Positions 1-12,565 are shown, counted from the first letter of the stretch. The stretch: DNA of 64,000 bases from Pelomyxa schiedti (GCA_020536535.1 JAHLWZ010000854.1:1-64000); one strand, 5' to 3'. Program-made: numbers and translations. The notes: generated by a model not told the origin, from the letters alone.

Positions 1-17
1 CTTCGCTCGCATACCAG

Positions 18-251
18 TTGTCATGGGGTCTCACAGCCGGATTCTGTGGGTGCCTGTCAACAGTGTCCACCATGGTAAATGAATCCATTGGTGGGAACAT
101 GCCAATGAGCCGGGCGTATCCCTATATCACAGGAACAATGATACTTGGGGTAATACCCTTTATAATAGGCAATTTGGCAACACAGTCAACACCCAGCAGT
201 GGCTCAATGGCTTCTGCACTCAACATCAGCAGTGTTATTATGTCTGCGTAG
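18..251 (+). CDS. FEX: Last exon of a fluoride exporter (FEX, CrcB/Fluc family); gene begins upstream of the window
   Basis: GLTAGFCGCLSTVSTMVNE matches the CrcB/FEX GxxGxxSTxSTF motif and is followed by a TM helix; preceded by a cag acceptor. Confidence 0.8.
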   Translation: MSWGLTAGFCGCLSTVSTMVNESIGGNMPMSRAYPYITGTMILGVIPFIIGNLATQSTPSSGSMASALNISSVIMSA

Positions 252-1115
252 GAAAACTCCACACAATAGAGGGAAAAATGAATTTCGATGATTGTAAAAC
301 ATACTTTTACAGCGCTCGTTAGTTGCAGTAAAATGACAGGGTGTGGGGTGAAGTGTCATACAGATGAGCCCGGGGGGGTGAGAGAGTGGAGGTGCAAAAA
401 AAAAAAAAAAAAAAAAGAAATTATAGTACGAGAAAAGCCAGTTAAAGCAATAGCCTAGATGCAACACATAAATTGTGAGAGTTTCTCTTTTGTGTACTTT
501 AGCAAGTACACGAGCTTTAGCTCTGTGGACACTCTGCGGACTCTGTACGAATCTCGACTCTCGAGATCCAATGCGTGATGGAATTACTGGAATAAGGCAG
601 CGACAATCTTATGCGCATTGATTCTGAGGCAATCTTGACTGAGAATTGGACAACAGCGTGGCTTCGAAGCTAACCGCACCTAACCGCACCAAATTAATTA
701 TCCTTTGAACAAGTGCAACCCAAGCACGAGAACAAGCAAGAGAACCTTTACACTCTCACTCTCTTTCGTTCTTTTCCCTCTGTGGGGCTTTATTCTCTTC
801 CCACAGAAGCTAACACTTTTTTTTTACCTTTTTTATGGAAAGATGTAAGGTGTTCAAGGTAGCAAGACAACTCTTCACATGATGTGAAGTAAAGTGCTTC
901 AAGGCAGGTGGGTGTGACTTCAACTGGATTGCTACCAACAGGTGTCACACACACTACTACAGTGTTGTCCCCTTTAGCTAACAAACAATCACGCGCACCA
1001 TACACCATAACTTCAGATTTTGCTGTGGTGACATTACGGGAAAAACAGAAAGCACCGTTTTCAATTTTCGACAAGTGGCTGAATAAAAAAAATAAAAATT
1101 CCAGACCACCACATG

Positions 1116-2961
1116 TCACATATGAATGAGAATGAGGGTGTGCACTTCTGTAGTGCAGATGTTGTATGTGCCGAGGCCCCTGTTGCAAACAGAAAGAGTC
1201 CAGCCAGGTTGAACTTCCAGCACCTCAGAGAAGTGCACAGTGTTCCAATAAGAATTTGGATTGTAGATGAATGCCTGAGCGTATGGAATGCCATTGACCT
1301 GAAGTTCTGCCCACCCAGAGTTGCCACTGCTGCAGCTTCCTGTGATCCGAACAATGGCCAGATAGAGCCCAGCCCGTGAGATGGAGACAGAAGAGCCACT
1401 CTCAACCCTCGCAAGGGCAGAACAACCATGCCTGAATTGCCACTTGTAGCATTGGTTTGGTGAGGCTGCTGCACTGCATGAAAAGGAAATGTAAGAGTCT
1501 CCTGAAAGTGGCCCAAGCACTGAAAGTTCCGTGGCTACACCGTACTGTGTTGGATTGTAGCTGTTGAATGAAACTGTGAGTTGGGTGTTAGGAACCTGTA
1601 CCGGAACCACCTCGGAAATGATGGCAGAGTTGGAGTAGCTGTTGCGTTCGTTCATGTAACACTGTGCAATTGAAGAACCGGCACAGTTCAATTGCACATA
1701 GCCACCAGTTGAAGACCCCGTCACCCTCACCAGAACGAGGTACGTTCCCTGGGGCTTGATTGTGATGATTTGGTTTGCCACAGTGAAAGGTTCGCACTCT
1801 GCCTTTTGGGTCCAGTACCAGCAGTTCCCTGAATTGGTTGTTGAAGAACACTGCAATACAGGAACTGTGTCTCGAAGGGGAAGAAGGAGGAGAGATGATG
1901 TAGAGGAGAGCTGGTGATCATAGCCATCGCCTAGGGAGTTGTTGTAGATACTCAACTTTGTTCCAGTGGTAGCCTCAACTACTTGGTTGAAAAAAATTTG
2001 GTTGACGTATCCACTAGGTTCATTGCGCCAATATTGGGCAATTGAAGACCCAGAGAGGTAGATATCAGCATGGCCATTATTCCCACTACTTGATACGCCA
2101 GGAAGTCTCACAAAGCAAAGGAATCTCATTGTTTGGTTGATTGATACTTCGTTTCCTTGAATAGAAAAAAGAGAACTTGGTCTTCTGGCGCTGTTCCAAT
2201 TCCAATGTGACCCAGATGAACCACCCCCAGAGGCACAGGTAAATGTGATTCCTTCTGGGATGAAAATACTCTCACTTGGAAACAGGTTGTAGAACTGGGT
2301 GCATCCCAAGTAGTCGGCTGCTTTTTTAATCTCCACCTTCATTTCTTCAAGGCCAAAGAAGTCTGCCTCATAGAGGAGCTCTCGCACCAAGTGTTCCTTT
2401 CCTTTTGGAATCGACACAAATCCACGCCTCAGGAAATTCAACACATAAGCAAAGCGCTTTCCATCCGTGTCAAGAAAGAAGCAGTCATCGCTATCTCGCT
2501 GAAGGGGATGCTCACCACTGAAAAGAGTGACAAACCTGGACTTGCCATATTTTTGGAGGGTTTTTATTGTTGTGTCATATCTGACTCCTCCCACATTCAG
2601 CTTCACAACTTCACCAATTCCCAGCTTTGTCTCGCCGGCCCCCTGTTTGAAGTACATAACATACATAGAAGTTATTCTTCAAAAAGCAACAAAAAACAAA
2701 ATCTTGTGGGTACTAATAAGGGTCAACCTCGTCACAAGGAGACCTTGAGGATTTTCCAGTGGCGAGTGACACCCAGTCCCACTCGGTCTTGAGCCTCGCC
2801 CTCTCCTCCTCCACCAGCGCCATCATCTTGTCGCGCTTGTCCGCCAGCTCAGCCATGTCTCTCTTTTTTACTTCCTCCAGCTCCGCCTGGTCCCGCTGCT
2901 TTTGTTCCGCCATCTGCTTCTTGATGGCCGCGAACGCCGCGTCAAGCTGCTCCATGTCCAT
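1116..2961 (-). CDS. KCTD-type BTB/POZ protein with an N-terminal coiled coil and three tandem C1q/TNF-like beta-sandwich repeats
   Basis: VKLNVGGVRYDTTIKTL...FFLDTDGKRFAYVLNFLRRG...EADFFGL is a KCTD/BTB_2 domain. Coiled-coil first exon near 2770-2961. Three roughly 120-aa repeats share G.YL..VR.TG, SIAQ and SEV.(E/P)V motifs. Splicing between 2645 and 2770 not resolved exactly. Confidence 0.85.
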
Positions 2962-3037
2962 TGTTGTTTACCTTTGCGAGAAAACTTGGTTGTATTTCGG
3001 CTAAAACGTGGTTCTGGAGAACAAAACAAGGATTTGA

Positions 3038-5212
3038 ATGGACATAGGCGATGTGATCAGGAAAATAACGTGCCCTTGTTGTTCCTCTTTCTTTCGTGAC
3101 CCAAGGTGCCGTAAATTTGGAATATGTCCTTTAAACCTATTCGTGTTTCCAAACGTCCTCACGCCTGACTCACACCACCAGGCTCCTGCCGTGTTTGCAC
3201 ACTTTGTGCCTCGAGTGCATCACTCGATGCGCGCAATATTCGCCCGGACCTCGACCTCGGCGACGAGTCCCACCCCACCAACATCAACAGTGACGTGCCC
3301 TGTGTGCCACTCTCAGGTCCTTCTCCTCCTACAAAGCAACAACCGAAAAATCGTCAGGCCACTGTCCCCCAGGGGGGTGCCCTGTCGACTGCTGGACGAG
3401 CACCCTGCTCGTTGTTGGGGGTGGGTCACAGCCGCAATGCCCCACAACTGCCGCCGCGCCTCCGCCCGAGTGTTCTGAGTGCGGTTCGCACGACGCCCCG
3501 TGGTGGTGCACATCATGCAGCGCGTTCCTGCATCCACATGAGGAGTTGCTACTGTATTGCAACACTGACAAGTCACCGATTTGTCGTGGCTGCACGTGTG
3601 TGCCTTTTTCTCTTTTGTTAAACACCAAACATTCTATCAGGAAGATCGACCACAAAAACCACGACTTCGTTGTTGTCAGTGACCTGAGCCCAAAGTTCAA
3701 GGAGAACATTTCATCACTTAGTGCCAAGTTGTCATTGCTTCTGGAGAAGGTTTCACTGTCTAAACTCACCGCAATTGTGCGTTCTCGTCCGAATTTATTG
3801 TGAAATGACATTTAAACCACAAACAACAAGGGGTGTTGCAAAAACGCAGAAGAAGCTTCAGAGAAAGTCAAGTCAGAAATACGAACTGAATTTGCCAAGA
3901 TTGTTGCTGTTGTCAATGCCAGGGAGGCTCAACTGCTCTCAGAAGTGAATACAATCACAGAGACTTCCAAAAAGGCATTGTTCTTGTCCCGCGCAATTCA
4001 CACTGACCCTCTTTCAAGACATTCCAAGAAAGCATTGAAGGATGCGACAACAAGACGAAGGTTTTACAGGAGACACAAGAATACGCACAACAGGCAACAA
4101 CGAAGTTCACTGACCTCCAACTTGTGGCTGTCAATGGCACTCTCACACCTCGTCTCAAAAAACTTTGCGATTCTGGTGCTGATACTGAGGCTCTCACACC
4201 AACCGAATTGAAGGCACGTTGCAGTTGCTCTAACCGACTTTGGTTTTTATGCTAATCACTGTACCACCTACGCAACAACAAACAGGTGAGTTTTGAGTGC
4301 GATTCAGATACTATTTGTGAGACAGTTTCATCCCTTGGGTGTCTTGTTCACAATTCATCGGGATGCGGTCTAATCGCAAAGACAACAGCACCTACCACGA
4401 TGAAGACACTCAGACAACTTGCCGCGCCAACGATGGTGCCCTCGATCACACCCCGTCAGGCAGTCAGGCTGTTTGTTGACAACGCAACCGGGAAAGTGTA
4501 CTGGGACAACGGCTTCAACCGCCCACAACTGACAGAGTTCGAAAGCATGACCAGCTTCGTCAACAACACCAACCCGAGACAGTTCACACTCAAGGACGTG
4601 CCCGGCTGCCCCGAAGGCACGTTCCTGGCGGTGCACAACGGCCACGTGTACTGCAACCCAATCAACGAAGCCACGATGACCAAGGTGCGTGTGAGTGACG
4701 GGTCAACAGCAGCAACTGCCCGGCTCCCAAACGCCGGCCACTCTGGCCTGTCGTCGTGGGACTGGCATGGATACAGTGACATGTCCTGGTATGTCGATGC
4801 AGGGGGTGTGCTGTACGTGATCCACGCACCACCAGACAACGGCAACATACATATCACGAGGGTGGACCCCGACTCCCTCGCAATCTTGCAGACGTGGGTG
4901 GTGCCCCGCGTCAAGACACGGACTGGCTTTGCATTTGTTGTGTGTGGGAAGTTCTACTTTGGAAAGTCATGCCGCAGCCAGGAGATCGACGGGGTGTTTG
5001 ACACCACAACTGGTGTTTATGATGACACTTACAGAAACTCACTCCCATCATCACGTGGCGGGTGCGTAGTTCTGACATCGTGGATTCCGTCAACAAACCA
5101 GCTCCTCATCATAGACTTCCCTCCTGAGGGCACAAGGTACCGCTTTTTCATCTTTGACAATGCTGTTGTAAACACACGGGGACAATACCCACAAAGCCAC
5201 AACAACGCCTAA
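3038..5212 (+). pseudogene. TRIM-like RING-B-box-coiled-coil-olfactomedin gene, copy 1; 5' part disrupted, OLF exon 4286-5212 open
   Basis: Colinear with copies at 17161-19497 and 41447-43805. Has a frameshift inside the RING exon (in-frame TGA 3291-3293), a 1-nt loss near 3366-3377, and an in-frame deletion at 3530/3531 fusing B-box1 to B-box2 (SAFL|HPHEE). Confidence 0.7.
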
Positions 5213-5310
5213 TACCACTCGTCAACACCAGTCAGAAAAAAAAAATTGTGAACAGATACGAGATTCACAAGCTTGGCAATCAAAAAAAAAAAAACTCTTC
5301 GGGTGGCGCA

Positions 5311-5708
5311 ATGTCGGGGCCTTTGGACTGGAACCGAGACAAGCCCGTCGTCCGTACGCGGTTCCGGGTCTACCCTCCGTGGCGGAAAGCCAAGGGCATA
5401 GGCGACATCGCCGTGGACCTGGCCCACCAGTTCGGGTTCGGCCTCGTCCCAACCGAGTTCTGGTCGCCCGACACCATCCGGACGCCCGTGGTGGAGTCCG
5501 AGGAGGCCATGGCCAAGGCCAGGCGCCTCGAGCAGCAGCTGCGACAGCGCCAACAGCAGCAGCAGCAGCTGCAGCTGCAGCAGCAGGAGGCTTCGGCCGA
5601 AGCCGCCGCCCGAGAGGCAGGCCACGAGCAGCAGGCACAGCCAGGGGAGACAGGGGGCGAGGATGGCGCCGCGGGGCTCGAGAGGCAGCAGGAGGAGGAG
5701 GCTCCTGG

Positions 5709-5750
<42 letters not shown>

Positions 5751-7143
5751 GCAACCAGGGGGGTGCATCTGGGAACTACTACTGTCTGATGATGTACATG
5801 AGAGGAGTCTCCCCGACAGTGCGATAGTCCGTGGACCTGCTGCTACTGCTCGCACAACTAGTGCTGCTGATGCTGATGCTGCTTCTGATGCTGGCGACGG
5901 CGGTGGTGATAGTGTGGGTGCTCATACCAATTCTGATGATGGTAATGCCGCTGGTGACAATCATGAGAATGATAATGTGAGTGCTGATAATACTTCTGGC
6001 GATGGCAATGTCGCTGTTAATAACGCCCGTGCTGATAATTCTGCCGATGGCAATGCCGAGCCTATTAATGTTGCTGGTCCTAATGTCACTGACTCAGGTG
6101 CTCTTGTCAATGTTTCCCTTATTTCTGGAGATAGGACTGTTGATTCAGAGGTACTCACAGCCGCACAATATGACATTGGTGACATTGAGAATTACTTTCA
6201 GTATGAATTACCGGACGACGGTATCCCATGCCCACCCAAGAAGATTAAGCAAGGTAGTGATACATCTAAGTCAGCGAAGCAGCGGTATTCAAAATGCGTG
6301 GGAAACCAAATAAAACAAGACTTCAAATACGCGAACTGGGACGTTCTCAGTGACCCAGCTGTGATTCCGTATATCTACTAGCTCTCCTCACTGAAAACTC
6401 ACTCAATGGCTGTAGGCCATGCTCTAGTATCCGATCCAAGTTTCTTTTCGAACATCCCCAGTTCGATGATGCATCAGAGGACGAGAATGATATTTCAGAT
6501 GATTGTCTTAAACAGTGGGATATTGAAGATATCAAAAAACAACAGCAGATGCTGTTTCAGCACCACCTACATATAAATGACCAAGCAAGCATCCAAGCAA
6601 CTCAGCCCGCTATTTCTACCTTCCAGTCCGCATCTCCGGAGCTTCTTGCACTGGCTCAGCAAGTTTCGAAACGCCTAGAGGCGGAAGGATTCATCACCAG
6701 AGACTCCAACAGAATTCTCCAAGCGGTATTCTAGCCAATCAACGTTTTCACTTTAATTAGTTTTTGTAGGCGCCAAGAGCAGGGGGCCTTCTTGTGGAGA
6801 ATATCTTAGGTTCCATGGAAATACTCACTTCACTTCCAGATAGTAGGAGTCCGTTCATATCTGTTGATAAAGCGATGCCCCGAAGGCATGCTAACATTTC
6901 CTCTTTTCCCCTAACAAAAAACCAAGAGGCTTGACTTCAGCGTGGGAGAAACAGGAGGAGCTCCTAGACCAGTTTGCTGAGCTGCCCTTGTATGAACCGC
7001 AGACGAGTAAAAAAACACCAAAGAGCAAACTGCCCAAAAAGAGAAAGCCCCTTGGGCCCCCAAACACTCAAGGTGGGACAGCAAGTAAAAAAGCCCGAAA
7101 ACTTAGAAAACAAAAATCTGAAGACTTCCAAAAAAAAAGCTGA
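5311..7143 (+). CDS. Hypothetical protein with Q/E-rich and D/N-rich low-complexity tracts and a basic C-terminus (multi-exon)
   Basis: Long ORF from ATG 5311; can be joined through short GT-AG introns (for example about 6350-6381) to open frames at 6382-6724 and 6931-7143; no recognisable domain. Confidence 0.55.
5710..5748 (+). repeat. (GAGCAG)n coding repeat encoding EQEQEQ
   Basis: Direct tandem hexamer visible in the sequence. Confidence 0.9.
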
Positions 7144-7204
7144 AGATACGAAAAAAACAAAAATTTTTCTTTTTTCCCTTACTATCCTCACACTCTATCA
7201 ACTG

Positions 7205-10200
7205 TCATGAGCGAAAATTCACAACACAGTCGTCACTGTCACTAGAGTAGTCAGAATCGAATTTCTCCTTTTTGATTTTGACGGTGCTTGGGCGTCGCCT
7301 TGCGGATGTGGTTGTAGTTGTACTTGTTACATGATTTGCGTGGAATTGTTCCTCTTCTTCCTCTTCCTCTTCCTCCCTCTTGATTTCTTTTTTCACTACA
7401 ACTGCGTTTCTAGACTGGGATCTAGAGGGAGTCCTGGGGATGTATACTTTCTCTTCCTCACTTTCGCTTTCACTCTCACTCTTGATTTCTCGTTTTATGG
7501 TAGCCTGAATAGGAATCGGGGAGAGAACGGGCTGACAACCAGTGGCCTCAAATTCTTCTTCACTCTCCTCATCTCCTTGCTCGTTTTCAGCACCTCTGCC
7601 TTCCTCTTCACCCCCTTCATCATCTGCTTCCATCATTTCCAATTGGGCAGGATAACTGCGGGGAGTGCCGGATTTTTCCAGTAGGTCACTGACATCCAGT
7701 TCATTAAGGCTTCCAACAAGAACATCCTCTTCACCGCTGCCTCCGCTCAAGGCCCCATTTTGCCCCTCTTCATCACCTTCACATTGATGCCAGGAGTTGT
7801 AAATGTCTTTCACATGTGTGTGACTGGTCTTGAGAAGGTAGGGATCAAACGGGAAGAAGTTCAGTTCTGGTTGAAGTTGCCTAGGAAGTGCTGATGCTGA
7901 AGCAGCTGCTACAGTAGAGATTATGTTGACCTCACTCAGAGCTTGTTGCGTGCCGATTTGAAAGGCCAGTTTTTGCTCTTCCTGTAGCATCTGGAGCATC
8001 TGGGGTGACGGTAGGAGATACTCCTTCAAGGAGGCACTGTTGCACAACTTGAGGTGGGCCACAGTTGTAAGGAACTCTCCGCCAACGGAGTCATTACACA
8101 CCTATTGCACCGTCAAAAATACTTTTTGAAAGTGGTCAAGTACCGAGAGGGGTCTAAGGGGACTATGACATAGTTCCTCAAATCCCATAGTCATGAATAT
8201 ATCCCGTTGGGCTTTTTTGGTCAAGGGTGAAAGGAACTTGCTGTACGTGAAGCAGAAAATGTAGAAAACACTCTGTGTTACTAGATAGTACAGAGTATGT
8301 GCTCCAACTTGGGTGCTTGGTCCCTTAAAAAATGTTGGTTGCAAGTAAAAGCAATGTTGTGCTTACATGCCCCTCGGCGTATTCAATTGCCCAGTCTATC
8401 AGGGTTTCAAGTGTTTTTTGAACCACAGATCTTGGCAAGTATGCAGCTCTATTTATGTTGAGGTCAGAAAAAGAAAGAGAATTTGGGTTTAAAAATAAAA
8501 AGAGGTGAGTGTTGGTAAGGCCGGCGCTCTTTCACCAAATCTTGGCACACCCCCACTAGTAATTTCCTCGTAAGAGGAACATTACTGAAAAGAAAAAGCA
8601 AAAAAGAAAGTGTATTCCCTCCTCCCTACTGGTGCTGTGCATCCACAACTTTCTTTTTTCAGTTTTTTCCTTTCGATTTCTTTGGAAAGGAAAAAACCTA
8701 GAAGGAATGTGTGATATGCTACACCATTGGTAAATGGAGGAAACTTCACTGTTAAAAGAGATAAGCGGAAAACCCACCATACAGGGGGAAAAACTCGGTA
8801 CGGGCTCGGGAACTAGGTCATTCCCCGTCTAAAAACACCCAAAGACCTTACAACCACTTCAGGCTATAAGGACATCAGTGGTCTTTGGGTGTTATTAGTG
8901 GCACCACCGTGCCTTGGGGATCACAACGGGACATTACATTTGTAACAACTGTTACAACTTCCTGGGATAGAAGGGGTTGCTTATTTGGTGCACGAAATCA
9001 ATTTCGGCCCACTTGCGGGAGAGAATTGGGAAAGAAGATAAACCTGGCAACAAAGGAAGCCAGATAGGAGCAATACATCGACTTAAACAGGTCCGGAACC
9101 TTGGTGTCGGTAATGATACTATTCAGAAGATGTTGCAAGAAAGTGTTTGCGTAAGAAGGGTCCAGACTACAAGCAACAAACATTATGAATTGGACGTACT
9201 TCGATCTGTTCATAACTCAGAAAGCAAACCAAAGGAAAGTAGAATATACCGGTACGTTGGAAGAATAAACTTTGTGAAGGCCTTTAACAGAATACTGAAT
9301 ACGTTGTGGGAATTTTGGTCGTTGGCAGGGAGCACTTTCTTGAGAAACGAAAAGAATACATCCATCAAGGAATCCAATTTGTCAGCAGTTTGTTGGTTTT
9401 CAGCAGCATTCTCGTCTTGCCCCTCAGCAGGTTGAACATCAAGGGCAAAAACCAGTTCTTTTGAGTGATCATCTTCCTCTTCGGGGAGTAATTTAATCAA
9501 TACCTGGACATCTGTTAGAAAGACAATTTTTGTTTCTCCACTCACATCAAGTTGAAGCATTTTGTGCACTGCCGTCATAATAACAGGTTCACATAAGTTT
9601 GGTGCAACTTCGAGAACTTGGAAGAGGTTTTGTAGGAAGTGCATGTGGGCAACACCATCAACACTGATCAATGGGAAATGCTTGGGAATGTCGTTCGATA
9701 GTTGTATTGAGCTACGATATCAATCACTCACAAGGAAGTGGCCAGATATCACTAACCTGAGTGGAACAAGAGCAATCAATCGCGATATTGCCACCCTAAC
9801 AATCTCAGCAACCCGTTGTGACAATTCAATGTCATAGGTTTTATCTGTTGTGTGTGAAAAGCATGGTTGCTCGAGCTACAATCATACCCTCTTTGCTTGC
9901 TTTCTTTGGATATAAATTTGAAAGAAGCATTCTAATCATAGGTGTGAGATGTCCAGTGTGTGAGGTTACAAGGTTAAGGCAACACTCGATCAATTCGTCA
10001 ACAACCTAGAAGGGCTGTCAAAAACGACCTGCAATCCTCCTTGATACCGTTCTATCTGATGCAAAACTTGTCTTAAAGATAGCTGTTTGTAACTCGTAAT
10101 GGTCTTCGGGAGTAATTAGAAGAGCACAGTTTTTCAAAGCTTTTAGCCAAAGCACTAGTGCATCTGGTTGACCTCGCAATAGTTGGGTGACAATAACTCG

Positions 10201-10948
10201 GTATCGTGTGGAGTCACCCTGTTGAAAATAAGAGACAAAGAAAAAAAAAAAAACTAAAGGGAAAAACCTTCTTTTTTGATTCTATAGCCTCCCGAATGTA
10301 ATTAACAAGAATTTCAATATTTCGTTTCATTTCAGCTTCTGGATTTGCAGGCTCCGTAGTTGAAGGGTTTGAGGGTGTGGATGTGGTGGCAGATGCAGCG
10401 GATGTGCTTGATTTTGGGGAAGTTGCTCTCCCTGGAGGATTTACAGCCGAGCTACGGGATGCGGGTGGTGAACCTTGCTTTGAAGGCGCGCGTAGAAGGT
10501 TGCCATTTGAAGCAGTTGTATTTCCGGGATGGGTTTTGGAAGGAGTGACAGGGTGGGGTGTTATTGTGTGAGTGGTGACAGGGTGATGTAGTGTGTTACC
10601 AGTGCTCGATGCCTGTAGTAATTGCGGGGTTGGCGTTACAGACCTTACGCAAGTAGGCGGCCGTAAGGGCGCACTGCCACGAAGATGCGACGTAGTCCGA
10701 GGAGAGCTCGGTGGGGACCGAGAAATTGAAGGCGGAGGGTCTGGCATCGAAGGTGGGGGCACGGATGAAGCACGGACCAGGGTGTAGGGGGAAGCTAAGA
10801 TGGGGCTGTTGTTGTTGTTGTTGTTGTGGTGTCCGCCGCTCGTCCGCAACGCGGCAGTGGATGAAGCCACATGCTGGGCCGGCACAGCGGAAATGTTGGA
10901 TGACGAGGAAGTTCGCGTGACGCGTGACGTTAGTACGGAAGATGGCAT
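7205..10948 (-). CDS. RRN3: RNA polymerase I transcription initiation factor RRN3/TIF-IA with a long S/P/T-rich N-terminal extension
   Basis: Motifs SKYVQFIMF, YLASFVAR|AAYLP, YYLVTQSVFYIFCF and FFPFDPYLL...IYNSW are characteristic of RRN3; many short introns; probable ATG 10948. Confidence 0.9.
8515..9012 (-). ncRNA. Candidate structured RNA inside the 595-nt RRN3 intron (8449-9043)
   Basis: Nested long-range helices (9005-9012/8515-8523; 8983-8990/8533-8540) and internal stems (8829-8847/8880-8898; 8661-8674/8685-8698; 8558-8586); wobble pairs work on the minus (sense) strand. Confidence 0.55.
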
Positions 10949-11315
10949 GGCACTGGCACTGGCACTGGCAGTAGTAGCAGATCTGAGTGACGCAGATGCG
11001 CGCGAAGGCACGGTTCCTGCATTCGAGAGGGTGAGAGGGCAGATCTCGTGCAAAGAACCACAACACAAGCAAGCAACAAACAAACAACGAACAATGGGAC
11101 GGCGAAAGAGCTGGGAGGCGTGATGAAAAGGGGAAAAAAAAGAAAGAAAGAAAAAAAGCACGACGCACCTCTCATGTCGCGTTTTGGAGTTGCACGGCAC
11201 AAATTAAAAAAGAACAAGATTTTTTTTTTTTGATCGCTTTTAGAAAGGGTTCTAATGTGCCAAACGGGGAAAGGAAGCAAACAAATAACCCAAAAAAAAA
11301 AAAGTAGAAAAGTAA

Positions 11316-12565
11316 ATGGCGGCCAACTACTGGAACTCAACACACCACAAACTGTGTTCATTCACGAGGGACCAGATCTCCTCTTCAAAGGCACGACTAT
11401 ACGACTTACGGTGGATTAACGAGCGAGAGTTACTTTCTCTCGATATATTTTTTGCTACTTGTAGGTTGGCGTTTGTTTGTTTGTCTTGTTGTATGCTTCG
11501 TTGACTCTTTCTTTTGGCTTGGTTTTGATTGGCATAGACATAAAGGATGTGGCTAAGAGAGTGGCATTGAGGCAAAGAGTTGTGGCAACAGCCATTGTGT
11601 TTTTCAAGCGATTTTTCCTCCAGTGAGTGTCTGCTGCTCTTTTTACTTGTTTTTACGACGTTGGGACATGACAGTGTGCACCAGAAATAGTTTTGCTTCC
11701 TTCGACCCATGGCTTGTGGCTCCCACTTGCCTCTACCTTGCTTCTAAAGTTGAAGAGTGTACAATACAAGCAAAGAAGTTTGAAAATAAGCTTAACTCCG
11801 GTATGAAACTACAATTTTGCACAGACGTTGACTGTGATGCAAGGTCATTACACATACTCCCCTGACCATATTCTTGGTTTGCTTCCTTTTCTCTTTGTTC
11901 AGCCTTTGACTGTATATAAGACATGGAATTTACTGTAATGCAAAATCTAAGTGGTCATCTAATAGTCTTTCATCCATACCGTGATTTACAGAGGTTTGGA
12001 TGTTTGACTATCGAATCCTCGTTGTTTTTTCACAATCATCTCCTTTAGTATCCTTGAAGATATGTCTGATGGCAGACATTTTCCTGAGGATTTAGCCCAA
12101 CTGGCATGGTGTGTAACTTGTCTTTTTATCCTTAAGGTTCATTGTGCCATGACAGGGCTATTGTGAACGACTCATATTGCTCAGATGCTATTCTGATGCA
12201 CGCACCATACGAAATTGCCATCGCTGCCATCTTCATTGCCGGGTTTGTCCGTAATATCGACCTTATCCCATGGCTGACTCGCCTACGCGTCGATTTAAAG
12301 CCTGTAATTATAATGAGCCAATTTGTCTGTTAATTCTTATAACTCACAGATCTGGCAAGTAGTGGAGATGATAATGTCTATGTATGAAGTGGGATCACTG
12401 CAAATACAACCCACTGGGATTGTCTTAAAATTCCCACAACTTGCCTACCATGACAAACTTGTATCTGTTACTGCAGGTGCGCCTTATCCTCTCTTTCAAT
12501 CCACCACTCACAAAGGTCCAAAACCCAGACAAGAAAAAACGATAACGATAATTTCACTGAAGTAG
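11316..12565 (+). CDS. CCNC: Cyclin C (Mediator kinase module)
   Basis: [11 protein letters not shown]-terminus; [17 protein letters not shown]; [19 protein letters not shown]; IVNDSY...PYEIAIAAI. Confidence 0.93.

Noticed and set aside
670-690. CTAACCGCAC x2 as a telomeric or telomerase-template repeat
   Set aside because: Only two copies, non-canonical unit, no supporting structure
790-1085. Possible small minus-strand ORF downstream of the BTB gene
   Set aside because: No clear start or recognisable domain; cannot be supported
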